This document shows positions 1-8,909 of a stretch of DNA of 64,000 bases, piece after piece. The notes beneath the pieces are model-generated. The model searched no databases. It was not told the origin of the DNA and was given only the letters and a program-made list of their open reading frames with translations. The translations under genes were made by a program, and so were the position numbers. The DNA is from Clostridia bacterium (lineage in GTDB: Bacteria; Bacillota; Clostridia; Christensenellales; Aristaeellaceae), in NCBI GenBank assembly GCA_036825095.1, contig DAISYX010000001.1, forward strand, positions 582-64,581. The letters run 5' to 3'. Positions within the stretch are counted from its first letter, which is position 1. Every line of letters starts with the position of its first letter.

Positions 1-573
1 TATGGGGAAGGGGGCAACCACTTCCTCCATAACATCCGCCGGAATGTGGATGTGGCCCATTTTGTGCATGACAACCAGGTCTATGGGCTGACCAAAGGCC
101 AGTCCTCCCCCACCACCCTGGAGGGCATGGTGACCGGGGCCCAGACGGACGGCAGCCAGAACACGCCCTTAAATCCCGTTTTGCTGGCCCTGGCGGCAGG
201 GGCGGGCTTTGTGGCCCGGGGGTTCAGCGGCAGGCCGGAGCACCTAAAGGGCCTGATGGAGCGGGCGATTACCTATAAGGGCTACGCCCTGGTGGACATC
301 TTTCAGCCCTGCGTCAGCTTTAACAAGCTGAACACCTTCACCTGGTACAACAGCCGGGTGTATGAGCTGGATGAAGGCCACGACAGCGGGGACTGGGCCG
401 CCGCCATGCAGCGCGCCCAGGAGTTTGGAGAGCGGATTCCCATCGGCGTGCTGTATGAAAAGCCCCGGCCCACCTTCCACGACAAGAACAGCTCTTTAAA
501 AGCAGGGCAGGTGCTGGCCGGCCGCAGGAATGACCGGGCGCTTTTGGACAAGTACATGCGGGAATTGGTATAA
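1..573 (+). CDS. 2-oxoacid (2-oxoglutarate):ferredoxin oxidoreductase beta (TPP-binding) subunit, C-terminal part; 5' end lies outside the window
   Basis: The frame is open from nt 1 (YGEGGNHFLHNIRRNVDVAHFVHDNQVYGLTKGQSSPTT...). This matches my memory of KorB/OorB-type beta subunits. Stop is TAA at 571-573. Confidence 0.8.
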   Translation, partial: YGEGGNHFLHNIRRNVDVAHFVHDNQVYGLTKGQSSPTTLEGMVTGAQTDGSQNTPLNPVLLALAAGAGFVARGFSGRPEHLKGLMERAITYKGYALVDIFQPCVSFNKLNTFTWYNSRVYELDEGHDSGDWAAAMQRAQEFGERIPIGVLYEKPRPTFHDKNSSLKAGQVLAGRRNDRALLDKYMRELV

Positions 574-637
574 AAATCCTTAGACTCCCTCCGCGGCCCG
601 GGAGCAAACGGTGAACAACTGGAAAGAACAGGACTTT

Positions 638-682
638 GCGTTTTGTGTCCAAAGACGGATTTGGTTTTTGGACACAAAACGC
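638..682 (+). terminator. Perfect 16-bp inverted repeat (GCGTTTTGTGTCCAAA / TTTGGACACAAAACGC) with a 13-nt loop; likely terminator of the upstream operon
   Basis: Arms at 638-653 and 667-682 are exact reverse complements and are followed by TTGTTAT. The element sits between a stop at 573 and the next start at 712. Confidence 0.5.
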
Positions 683-711
683 TTGTTATGGGATAAAAGA
701 GGGAGAGAAAA

Positions 712-1161
712 GTGGCGCAAACAGAGCGGGTGGAGCTGACGGTGCTGTGCTTAATCCACCGGGAAGATGAATATTTGCTCCAGGACAGGACAAAGGAGAA
801 CTGGAAGGGCTATGCGCTGCCTGGCGGACATGTGGAGGCGGGGGAATCCGTCGTGGACGCCGTCATCCGGGAGATGCGGGAGGAAACCGGATTAACCGTC
901 CTGAACCCAAGGCTGTGCGGCCTGAAGCAATTTCCCATCCAGGGGGGCAGATATCTGGTCCTCTTGTTTCGCGCGGATCGCTTCCAGGGGGAACTGTGCT
1001 CCTCCTCCGAAGGGCGCATGGCCTGGATCCGGAAGGAAGACCTGGGGAAAATAAATCTGGTGAACGACTTTGATCAGCTGATTCAGGTGATGCTTGAGGA
1101 GGAACTGACGGAGTTTCAATATATCATTTCAGGAGATGATTGGAAGGTTATTTTAAAATAA
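712..1161 (+). CDS. NUDIX hydrolase (MutT-like)
   Basis: Nudix box GGHVEAGESVVDAVIREMREETGL. GTG start is preceded by GAGGGAGAG. Confidence 0.85.
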   Translation: MAQTERVELTVLCLIHREDEYLLQDRTKENWKGYALPGGHVEAGESVVDAVIREMREETGLTVLNPRLCGLKQFPIQGGRYLVLLFRADRFQGELCSSSEGRMAWIRKEDLGKINLVNDFDQLIQVMLEEELTEFQYIISGDDWKVILK

Positions 1162-1262
1162 GGCCCATGCCGGGGATACACAGGGGCCGCTTCTTCATTT
1201 ATGCGGCTTTGCATAAGCGGGTGGTCTTTAGAACAGCAGGCGGTGTCTTAATTAAAAGGCGT

Positions 1263-1291
1263 TTGGCTAATGTGCGCTTGCATGCTATAAT
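1263..1291 (+). promoter_or_regulatory. Sigma-A-type promoter TTGGCT-17 nt-TATAAT (with TGc extended -10)
   Basis: TTGGCT at 1263-1268 and TATAAT at 1286-1291, 30 nt upstream of the 1322 start. Confidence 0.55.
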
Positions 1292-1321
1292 CATGCTTGC
1301 GATATCATGGAGGATAGAAAC

Positions 1322-2767
1322 ATGCAAGATGTGATTATCATTGGCGCTGGTGTTGTGGGATGCGCGGTGGCCCAGCGCCTGGGAAACTATGCTGGGAAAG
1401 TGATGGTGCTGGAGGCGGCCAATGACGTCAGCTGCGGCGCCAGCAAGGCCAACAGCGGCATCGTCCACGCGGGCTATGACGCCCAGCCGGGCACGGACAA
1501 AGCCCGGCTGAACATCAAGGGCGCCCGGATGATGCAGGAGCTTTGCAGCGCCCTGGGAGTGCCCTACGGCAAGCCCGGCGCTTTGGTGCTGGCCTTTGAC
1601 CAGGGGGATAAGCCCGCCCTGGAGGCGCTTTTAGCCAAGGCGGAGGAGAACGGCGTGCCCGGCTGCCGGATCATTGGCCGCAGGGAAATTCTGGCCATGG
1701 AGCCCCTGGTTAACCCCCAGGTGCACTACGCGCTGCACGTCCCGGAATCGGGCCTGGTGGGGCCTTATGAGCTTACCTGCGCCCTGGCGGACGCGGCGGC
1801 TGAAAACGGCGTGCGCTTCCAGATGAACACAAGGGTGAAGGCCCTGCGCCATGAGGGGAAGGCCTGGGTGGTGGAAACCGACCAGGGGGATTACGCCTGC
1901 CGCGCGGTGGTGAACTGCGCGGGCGTGGGCGCGGGGGAGCTGCACAACCAGATATCCAGCCGCCAGGTGGAGATCATCCCCCGGCGGGGGCAATACTACC
2001 TTTTGGATCACACCCAGCCCCTGGCCTTTCAGATGACGCTGTTTCAATTGCCCACCGTGATGGGCAAGGGGGTGCTGATCAGCCCCACCACCCATGGCAA
2101 CCTGCTCTTTGGGCCCACAGCGGAGGACATCCCGGACGGGCAGGACACCGCCACCACCCATAAAGGGCTTCAGGAGGTGTTAAGCAAGGTGCGCTTAAGC
2201 TACCCCGAGGCCAGCACCCGCACGGTGATCACCACCTTTTCCGGCATCCGTGCCCACGAAAAAGGGGGGGACTTTATCATCGGCGCGGTGGAAGGGGCCC
2301 CGGAGGGCGCCTTTGAGGCCATCGGCATCGAAAGCCCGGGCCTGACCGCGGCCCCCGCCATCGGGGAGGAGATGGGGGACTGGGTGGCCTATTACCTGAA
2401 GCTTAAACCCAACCCCCGCTATATCCCGCCCACGCCGCTGCCCAAGGCCTTCTCCACCATGTCAGAGCAGGAGCGCCGCGTCGCCTGCCAGACGGACCCG
2501 GATTACGGCAAGGTGATCTGCCGCTGCGAGACGGTGACGGAGGCGGAGGTGCGCCGGGCCATCCGGCGGCCGGTGGGCGCACGGGACATTGACGGCGTCA
2601 AGCGCCGGGTGCGCGCGGGCATGGGGCGCTGCCAGGGCGGCTTTTGCATGACGCGGGTAATGGAGATCATCAGCGAGGAAACGGGCATCCCCTTTGAGGA
2701 GGCCAGTAAAAAAGGCCCGGGCAGCGCGGTGCTGACCGGACCCATTGGGGAGGCGGAAGATGAGTGA
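1322..2767 (+). CDS. FAD-dependent oxidoreductase, anaerobic glycerol-3-phosphate dehydrogenase (GlpA)-like, with C-terminal BFD-like [2Fe-2S] domain
   Basis: N-terminal dinucleotide fold DVIIIGAGVVGCAVA. C-terminal CRCETVTEAEVRRAI...GMGRCQGGFC motif. Start moved to ATG 1322 (GGAGGA 7 nt upstream) within ORF 1307..2767. Confidence 0.75.
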   Translation: MQDVIIIGAGVVGCAVAQRLGNYAGKVMVLEAANDVSCGASKANSGIVHAGYDAQPGTDKARLNIKGARMMQELCSALGVPYGKPGALVLAFDQGDKPALEALLAKAEENGVPGCRIIGRREILAMEPLVNPQVHYALHVPESGLVGPYELTCALADAAAENGVRFQMNTRVKALRHEGKAWVVETDQGDYACRAVVNCAGVGAGELHNQISSRQVEIIPRRGQYYLLDHTQPLAFQMTLFQLPTVMGKGVLISPTTHGNLLFGPTAEDIPDGQDTATTHKGLQEVLSKVRLSYPEASTRTVITTFSGIRAHEKGGDFIIGAVEGAPEGAFEAIGIESPGLTAAPAIGEEMGDWVAYYLKLKPNPRYIPPTPLPKAFSTMSEQERRVACQTDPDYGKVICRCETVTEAEVRRAIRRPVGARDIDGVKRRVRAGMGRCQGGFCMTRVMEIISEETGIPFEEASKKGPGSAVLTGPIGEAEDE

Positions 2768-4052
2768 ACAAATGAAAACCATTGATCTCTTGATCGTGGG
2801 CGCGGGCCCGGCGGGCCTGGCGGCTGCCATTGCGGCCAAGCGGGCGGGCGTGATGGACCTTCTGGTGCTGGAGCGGGAGGAGGAGCCGGGCGGCATCCTC
2901 AACCAGTGCATCCACAACGGCTTTGGCCTGCACCGCTTCCGGGAGGAGCTGACCGGCCCCGAATACGCCCATCGGGATATCCAGGAGGCCAGGGATTTAG
3001 GGATTGATGTGCGCTGCGGCGCCATGGTGCTTGAGGTGACGGCGGACAAGGTGGTCAGCGTGGTCAGCCGGGAAAAGGGGCTGGAGACCTATAAGGCCCG
3101 GGCGGTCATCCTGGCCATGGGCTGCCGGGAGCGGCCCCGGGGGGCGCTGGCCATCCCCGGCACCCGGCCGGCCGGCGTGTTCAGCGCCGGCACCGCCCAG
3201 AAAATTGTGAACATGATGGGCTATATGCCGGGCAATGAGGTGGTGATCTTGGGCAGCGGGGACATCGGCCTGATCATGGCCCGGCGCATGACCCTTCAGG
3301 GCGCCAAGGTGAAGGCCTGTGTGGAGCTGATGCCTTATTCCAGCGGGCTTAACCGCAACATCGTCCAGTGCCTGGATGACTATGGCATTCCCCTGATGCT
3401 CTCCCACACCGTGATAGACGTGCAGGGCAAAGACCGGGTGAAGGGCGTCACCATCGCTCAGGTGGGAGAGGACCGCCTGCCCATCCCGGGCACAGAGCAG
3501 GACATCCCCTGTGACACGCTGCTGCTCTCCGTGGGGCTGATTCCGGAGAACGAGCTGTCCCTGGGCGCCGGGGTGAAGCTGTCGGATACCACCCAGGGCC
3601 CCGTGGTGGACAACCGCTTTGAAACCAATGTGCCGGGGATTTTTGCCTGCGGCAATGTGCTGCATGTGCATGACCTGGTGGACTTTGTAAGCCAGGAAAG
3701 CGCCCTGGCGGGGCAGGCCGCCGCCCGCTATCTCAAAGGCGATGATGACAAGGATGCCTCTGAGGTGGCGGTGGTGGACGGCCCGGGGGTGAGGGGCACC
3801 GTGCCCCAGCGCCTGATGATCCCCAAGGGGGAGCAGACGGAGGGGCTGGATTTGATGTTCCGGCCGGACCGGGTGTATAACAACTGCTTTTTAACCCTGC
3901 GGGCGGGGGAGCAGGTGCTGCTAAGCCAGCGCCGGCGCATCATGACCCCGGGGGAGATGGCCACCGCCAAGCTCAGCCCCCAGATGCTGGAGGCGCTGAA
4001 AGACCATAAGGAACTGCGCCTTGAAATCAGCGCGCAAAAGCAAGGGGCTTAA
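2760..4052 (+). CDS. NAD(P)/FAD-dependent pyridine-nucleotide-disulfide-family oxidoreductase with an unassigned C-terminal domain of about 100 aa
   Basis: Two Rossmann motifs (LLIVGAGPAGLAAA and VVILGSGDIGL) and CGNVLHVHDLVD. ATG 2760 has GGAGG 6 nt upstream and overlaps the upstream stop. Confidence 0.7.
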   Translation: MSEQMKTIDLLIVGAGPAGLAAAIAAKRAGVMDLLVLEREEEPGGILNQCIHNGFGLHRFREELTGPEYAHRDIQEARDLGIDVRCGAMVLEVTADKVVSVVSREKGLETYKARAVILAMGCRERPRGALAIPGTRPAGVFSAGTAQKIVNMMGYMPGNEVVILGSGDIGLIMARRMTLQGAKVKACVELMPYSSGLNRNIVQCLDDYGIPLMLSHTVIDVQGKDRVKGVTIAQVGEDRLPIPGTEQDIPCDTLLLSVGLIPENELSLGAGVKLSDTTQGPVVDNRFETNVPGIFACGNVLHVHDLVDFVSQESALAGQAAARYLKGDDDKDASEVAVVDGPGVRGTVPQRLMIPKGEQTEGLDLMFRPDRVYNNCFLTLRAGEQVLLSQRRRIMTPGEMATAKLSPQMLEALKDHKELRLEISAQKQGA

Positions 4053-4068
4053 AGCGAAAGGAAGAGCC

Positions 4069-5763
4069 ATGGCAAAGAAATACCTGGTCATCGGGGGTGT
4101 TGCCGGCGGCGCCTCTGTGGCCGCGCGCCTCAGGCGTCTGGATGAGGAGGCGGAGATCACCATGCTTGAGCGGGGGCGGGATGTGTCCTTTTCCAACTGC
4201 GCGCTGCCCTACTTTATCGGCGGGGACATCGCAAGGAGTTCGGACCTTAAGCTGGTCACCCCGGAAGAATTCTGGCAGAACTACCGCATCCGCGCCCGGA
4301 CGCTGACGGAGGCCCTGTCCATTGACCGGGAGCAGAAGACCGTGTTGGTGAAAGACTTAAGCAGCGGGGCCCTTGAAACCCTGCCCTATGACGTGCTCTT
4401 TCTCTCCCCCGGGGCCAGCCCCATCATGCCCCAAAGCTTGCCCGGCATCCGCTTGCCCCATGTGTTCAGCGTGCGAAACGTGGTGGATGTGGAGCGGATA
4501 GACGCCCGCCTTAAAGAGCAGCCTGTAAAAGAGGTGGCGGTGATCGGCGGGGGTTTTATCGGCCTTGAGATGGCGGAAAGCCTGCACAAGCGGGGCCTTC
4601 AGGTCACCGTGGTGGACATGGCGCCCCAGGTGATGCTGCCCTTTGACGGGGACATGGCCCAGTTTTTGCACAAGGAGATCGTGGACCAGGGCGTCCGGCT
4701 GGCCCTTGGGGACGGCTTGGGCGAAATCCATCCGGGGCATGTCACCCTGGCCTCCGGCCGGGAGATTCCCGCCCAGGCGGTGATCATGGCCATCGGGGTC
4801 AGGCCGGAGACCGGGCTGGCCCAGAGCTGCGGCCTTGAGATTGGCGCCACCGGCGGCATCCGGGTGGATGGCGCCATGCGCACGTCGGACCCCGGCATTT
4901 ATGCGGTGGGGGACGCGGCGGAGCTGATTCATTTCCAAACCGGCAAGCCCTGCCGCCTGCCCCTGGCAGGCCCGGCCCTTCGCCAGGCCCGCCAGGCTGC
5001 CACGGCGCAGACGGAGGAAGCGAGGGAGATTCCCGGTGTGCTGGGCTCCAGCGTCATCCGGGTCTTTGGCCTGACCGCCGCCGCCACAGGGCTTAACGAA
5101 AAGGCGCTGAAAGAAGCGGGGACGGACTATCAGGCGGCCTTTGTGATTGCCAATGACATCGTGGGCATCATGCCGGGCAGCACGCCCATCTTTTTAAAGC
5201 TGCTGTTTGAAAGGGGCACGGGCCGGGTGCTGGGAGCCCAGGCCATTGGCCGGGGCGCCGCGGAGAAACGGGTGGATGTGATCGCCACCGCCATCCGCTT
5301 TGGCGCCAGGGTGCAAGACCTAAAGGACCTGGATCTCTGCTACAGCCCCCTTTATTCCACCGCCCGGGACCCGGTGAACCAGGCGGCGCTGCAGGCTACC
5401 AACCTCCTGGAAGGCAAGCTGCGCCAGGTGCTGTTCAGCCAGGTGCGGGGGCTTGTGGAAGAGGGGGCCTATCTGCTTGACGTCCGGGAAAAGGAGGAGC
5501 ATGGCCACGCCCACATCAGGGGTGCGGTTAGCATCCCCTTAAGCCAGCTGCGAGAGCGCCTGGCGGAGATTCCCCGGGACAGGCCGGTTTATGCCTATTG
5601 CCGCAGCGGCGCCCGCAGCTATAACGCGGTGCGCGCCATGATGCAGGAAGGCATTGAGGCCGTGAACATCGCCGGCTCCTTTCTGGCGCTTAGCTGGCAT
5701 GAATATTACCAGGACAGGGCCTTAAACCGCCCGCCGGTGGTGACGGGGTACAACTTCGAATAG
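4069..5763 (+). CDS. CoA-disulfide reductase / NADH-oxidase-family flavoprotein fused to a C-terminal rhodanese domain
   Basis: KYLVIGGVAGGAS FAD motif, redox Cys in FSNCALPYF, second Rossmann VAVIGGGFIGLE, and rhodanese loop YCRSGARS near the C-terminus. Start taken at MAKKYLVIGG. Confidence 0.8.
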   Translation: MAKKYLVIGGVAGGASVAARLRRLDEEAEITMLERGRDVSFSNCALPYFIGGDIARSSDLKLVTPEEFWQNYRIRARTLTEALSIDREQKTVLVKDLSSGALETLPYDVLFLSPGASPIMPQSLPGIRLPHVFSVRNVVDVERIDARLKEQPVKEVAVIGGGFIGLEMAESLHKRGLQVTVVDMAPQVMLPFDGDMAQFLHKEIVDQGVRLALGDGLGEIHPGHVTLASGREIPAQAVIMAIGVRPETGLAQSCGLEIGATGGIRVDGAMRTSDPGIYAVGDAAELIHFQTGKPCRLPLAGPALRQARQAATAQTEEAREIPGVLGSSVIRVFGLTAAATGLNEKALKEAGTDYQAAFVIANDIVGIMPGSTPIFLKLLFERGTGRVLGAQAIGRGAAEKRVDVIATAIRFGARVQDLKDLDLCYSPLYSTARDPVNQAALQATNLLEGKLRQVLFSQVRGLVEEGAYLLDVREKEEHGHAHIRGAVSIPLSQLRERLAEIPRDRPVYAYCRSGARSYNAVRAMMQEGIEAVNIAGSFLALSWHEYYQDRALNRPPVVTGYNFE

Positions 5764-5790
5764 CCTGGAGCTTCGAAGTTTTGCAATGTG

Positions 5791-5820
5791 TTGACATGGG
5801 GGGATGTGCTTTGCTACAAT
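5791..5820 (+). promoter_or_regulatory. Sigma-A-type promoter TTGACA-18 nt-TACAAT
   Basis: TTGACA at 5791-5796 and TACAAT at 5815-5820, in a non-coding gap. Confidence 0.55.
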
Positions 5821-5826
5821 ACGCTT

Positions 5827-6013
5827 GTCCGGCATTCCCGCCAATGTAAGACGGAATGGCTGTTTTGATACAACAGGGGCTCTACCGGTGAAGCACATGT
5901 GCATCGCCTTTTCTACTCAGGACGCGTAAGCAGACTGCTTAAGATATAGTTGCTTCTTGCTTTTCATGAACCCATTCTGAATGCCGCCAGGCCTCTTAGG
6001 CCGACGGCTTTTT
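5827..6013 (+). ncRNA. Candidate structured small RNA or cis-acting leader of unassigned class between CoADR-rhodanese and rny
   Basis: It lies between its own promoter and a terminator hairpin (GCCGCCAGGCC 5983-5993 / GGCCGACGGC 5999-6008) with T-run 6009-6013. There are internal hairpins, including 5887-5908 followed by TTTT. No credible ORF is present. Confidence 0.35.
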
Positions 6014-6074
6014 GTGTGTGCACGGACAACATTGATATTGAAATGCATCAGAAGTGATGAAGAAGGAGGAGAGC

Positions 6075-7616
6075 ATGTCACCCATTGTTTGGGTTTTAAT
6101 CGCGCTTGCAGCTGCTGCCCTGGGCACAGCCGCGGGATTTACCTATCACAAGACTGTCAGCGAAAAGAAAATCGGCCGTGCCGAGGTATACGCCAAAGAA
6201 CTGATTGATGACGCGGCCAAGAAGGCCGAAGAGAACAAAAAAAGCGCCGTCCTGGAAGCCAAGGAAGAGGTTTTGCGCCTGAAGACCGAGTTGGACCGGG
6301 AGATCACCAGCCGCCGGGCCGAGCAGCAGCGCACGGAGCGCCGCGTGGCCCAGCGGGAGGAAACCTTGGACAAAAAGCTGGACAACCTGGAAAAGCGCGA
6401 GGAGCGCATGAACCAAAAGTCGGAGGAGATCGACCGCCGCCTGACGGAGGCGGAGAAGCTGCGCGACCAGCAGGGAACGGAGCTGGAGCGCATCGCGGGC
6501 CTCACCGCGGATGAGGCCACCCAGGCCATCATCGCCCGGGTAGAAAAAGAAGCCTACCACGACGCCGCCGCCGCTGTGCGGGAAATTGAGCAAAACGCCA
6601 AGGAGGAGGGCAACAAGAAGGCCCGCAACATCATCGCCCTGGCGATTCAGAAATGCGCCTCCGACCATGTGTCCGAGACCACGGTATCCGTTATCCCCCT
6701 GCCCAACGACGACATGAAGGGGCGCATCATCGGCCGCGAGGGCCGCAATATCCGCGCCCTGGAGGCGGCCACCGGAGTTGACCTGATCATTGACGACACG
6801 CCGGAGGCTGTGATCATCTCCGCCTTTGACCCCATCCGCCGGGAGACTGCCCGCATCGCCATTGAGCGCCTGCTTTCAGACGGGCGCATCCACCCGGCCC
6901 GCATCGAGGAGATGGTGGAGAAGGCCAAGAAGGAAATTGACGAGCAGATCAAGGAAGCGGGGGATCAGGCGGTGTTTGAGACCGGGCAGCACGGGCTGCA
7001 TCCGGAGATTGTTAAACTCTTAGGCCGCATGCGCTATCGCACCAGCTATGGGCAAAACGTGCTGAAGCACTCCATTGAGGTCTCCCACCTGGCGGGCCTG
7101 ATGGCGGCCGAGCTGGGGGCGGACGTGCAGCTGGCCAAGCGCGCAGGGCTGCTCCATGACCTGGGCAAGGCCGTCGACCGGGAGCAGGAGGGCACCCACA
7201 CCGCCCTGGGCGGGGAAATCGCCCGCAAATACCGGGAGCACCCGGAGGTGATCCACTGCATTTTAGCCCACCACAACGATGAGGAGCCCCAGACCGTGGA
7301 AGCGGTGCTGGTGCAGGCCGCGGACGCCATTTCCGCCGCGCGCCCCGGCGCCCGCCGGGAGATGCTGGAGAACTACATCAAGCGCCTGGCCAAGCTGGAG
7401 GAGATCGCCAACAGCTTTAGCGGCGTCGACAAGAGCTTTGCCATCCAGTCCGGGCGCGAGCTGCGCATCATGGTAAAACCGGATGATGTCAACGACGAGG
7501 GCATCCGCGTGATGGCCAAGCAGATCGCCAAGCAAATCGAGGACGAGATGGAGTTCCCCGGGCAGATCCGGGTGAACGTCATCCGGGAAACCCGGAGCGT
7601 GGAACTGGCCAAATAA
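6075..7616 (+). CDS. rny: Ribonuclease Y
   Basis: N-terminal TM segment ([20 protein letters not shown]), coiled-coil region, KH domain ([15 protein letters not shown]) and HD domain (LLHDLGKA...LAHH). ATG 6075 follows AGGAGG. Confidence 0.95.
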   Translation: MSPIVWVLIALAAAALGTAAGFTYHKTVSEKKIGRAEVYAKELIDDAAKKAEENKKSAVLEAKEEVLRLKTELDREITSRRAEQQRTERRVAQREETLDKKLDNLEKREERMNQKSEEIDRRLTEAEKLRDQQGTELERIAGLTADEATQAIIARVEKEAYHDAAAAVREIEQNAKEEGNKKARNIIALAIQKCASDHVSETTVSVIPLPNDDMKGRIIGREGRNIRALEAATGVDLIIDDTPEAVIISAFDPIRRETARIAIERLLSDGRIHPARIEEMVEKAKKEIDEQIKEAGDQAVFETGQHGLHPEIVKLLGRMRYRTSYGQNVLKHSIEVSHLAGLMAAELGADVQLAKRAGLLHDLGKAVDREQEGTHTALGGEIARKYREHPEVIHCILAHHNDEEPQTVEAVLVQAADAISAARPGARREMLENYIKRLAKLEEIANSFSGVDKSFAIQSGRELRIMVKPDDVNDEGIRVMAKQIAKQIEDEMEFPGQIRVNVIRETRSVELAK

Positions 7617-7635
7617 CCCTAAACCACAGGACCGG

Positions 7636-7668
7636 GCGGGGAATCTTTCAGCAGATTCCCCGCTTTTT
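7636..7668 (+). terminator. Rho-independent terminator after rny
   Basis: GCGGGGAATCT / AGATTCCCCGC stem followed by TTTTT. Confidence 0.75.
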
Positions 7669-7772
7669 AATTAAGGTGTCAGGGTTGGTCACAGATTTTG
7701 CCGTGGAAATTAGCAAATCCCCTGCCATTGGGGCTATAATGGGGGCATCATGCATCAGAAAGGCAGGGCGCT

Positions 7773-8315
7773 GTGAAAGAACTTTTAGAAATTTTTCTGC
7801 TGTTTTTTAAAATGGGGGCAGTAACCTTTGGGGGCGGCTATTCCATGCTGCCGATTTTAAGGCGGGAGATTGTGGCGCGGCGCGCCTGGCTGACTGAGGA
7901 GCAGGTGATCGACTTTTTCGCGGTCGGCCAGACGCTGCCGGGCATCATCGCCTCCAACGTGTCCGTGTTTATCGGCTATCAGCGCCGCAAAACGCCCGGC
8001 GCCATCGCCGCGGCTCTTGGCGTGGTGACGCCCAGCATCATCATCATCACCTTAATCGCGGCCCTCATGCAGGATTTTCAAAACAATCCCCTGGTGCGCC
8101 ACGCCTTTAAAGCCATTTCTATCTGCGTCTGCGCCCTGATTTTAGACGCGGTGATCAGCATGTGGAAGCGGGGCGTGAAGGACTGGGTGGGGGTCGTCAT
8201 CTGCGTGGCGGTGTTCGCCCTGGCGGTATTCACCCAATTATCCCCCGTGTGGCTGGTGATCGCGGCGGCGCTGGCGGGCATCTCGGTGCGCAAGCTGCGG
8301 GAGGGCAAGGGATGA
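7773..8315 (+). CDS. Chromate-transporter (CHR) family protein, short-chain half 1
   Basis: FLLFFKMGAVTFGGGYSMLPIL motif typical of ChrA-type proteins. GTG start. Confidence 0.8.
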   Translation: MKELLEIFLLFFKMGAVTFGGGYSMLPILRREIVARRAWLTEEQVIDFFAVGQTLPGIIASNVSVFIGYQRRKTPGAIAAALGVVTPSIIIITLIAALMQDFQNNPLVRHAFKAISICVCALILDAVISMWKRGVKDWVGVVICVAVFALAVFTQLSPVWLVIAAALAGISVRKLREGKG

Positions 8316-8875
8316 TTTATCTGCGTTTGGCCTGGGAATTCATGCAGATCGGCCTGTTCGCGGTGGGGGGCGGCATGGCCACCCTGCCTTTTTTGCAGCG
8401 GCTGGGGGAGCGCACCGGCTGGTTTGACCAGCAGCTGATCACGGACATGATCGCCATCTCCGAATCCACCCCGGGGCCCATTGGCATCAACATGGCCACC
8501 TTTGTGGGCTACAACACAGCAGGCGTTTTAGGGGGCATCGTGGCCACGCTGGCTGAGATCATCCCCTCTATGATTATTGTGGTGCTGGTGTCAAAGTCCC
8601 TGGCGCGCTTCAGCTCAAGCCCCTATGTGCGTGATGCTTTCTATGGCCTGAGGCCCGCCGTCACGGGGCTGATCGCGGCGGCGGTGGTCAGCGTCTTTCA
8701 AACGGTGGTGCTGGATTTTGACCTTTACCATGTGACCGGGCGTCTGACGGACTTGATCAGCTTGAAATACCTGCTGTTTTTCGCGCTGGCGCTGGCGGCC
8801 ATCCGCAAGTTCAAAAAAAGCCCCGTTCTGTATATCGCCCTCTCGGCGGCAGTGGGTATTTTGCTGAAGTTTTAG
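8312..8875 (+). CDS. Chromate-transporter (CHR) family protein, short-chain half 2
   Basis: FMQIGLFAVGGGMATLPFL motif. ATG 8312 overlaps the upstream TGA (ATGA). Confidence 0.8.
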   Translation: MIYLRLAWEFMQIGLFAVGGGMATLPFLQRLGERTGWFDQQLITDMIAISESTPGPIGINMATFVGYNTAGVLGGIVATLAEIIPSMIIVVLVSKSLARFSSSPYVRDAFYGLRPAVTGLIAAAVVSVFQTVVLDFDLYHVTGRLTDLISLKYLLFFALALAAIRKFKKSPVLYIALSAAVGILLKF

Positions 8876-8909
8876 CCAAACGGCCTTAAGAAGAAAAGGA
8901 GAGAAAATA

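Noticed and set aside
4021-4068. Upstream extensions offered by the ORF track. Examples are 4021 for CoADR, 6054 for rny, 8162 for chrA half 2, 10948, 17989, 22153, 25382, 34861, 39919, 47796, 57910, 57981, 59050 and 61003.
   Set aside because: In each case an internal start codon sits 5-10 nt after a strong AGGAGG-like site. That start gives the family-typical N-terminus or signal peptide, and the extension often overlaps the preceding gene or terminator.
5827-6013. Identification of the rny-upstream RNA as 6S RNA or as a known riboswitch class.
   Set aside because: Pairing by hand gives several short local hairpins rather than the long end-to-end rod with a central bubble expected for 6S. 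I found no T-box, SAM, TPP, FMN, cobalamin, c-di-GMP or M-box core sequences. It is left unclassified rather than named.
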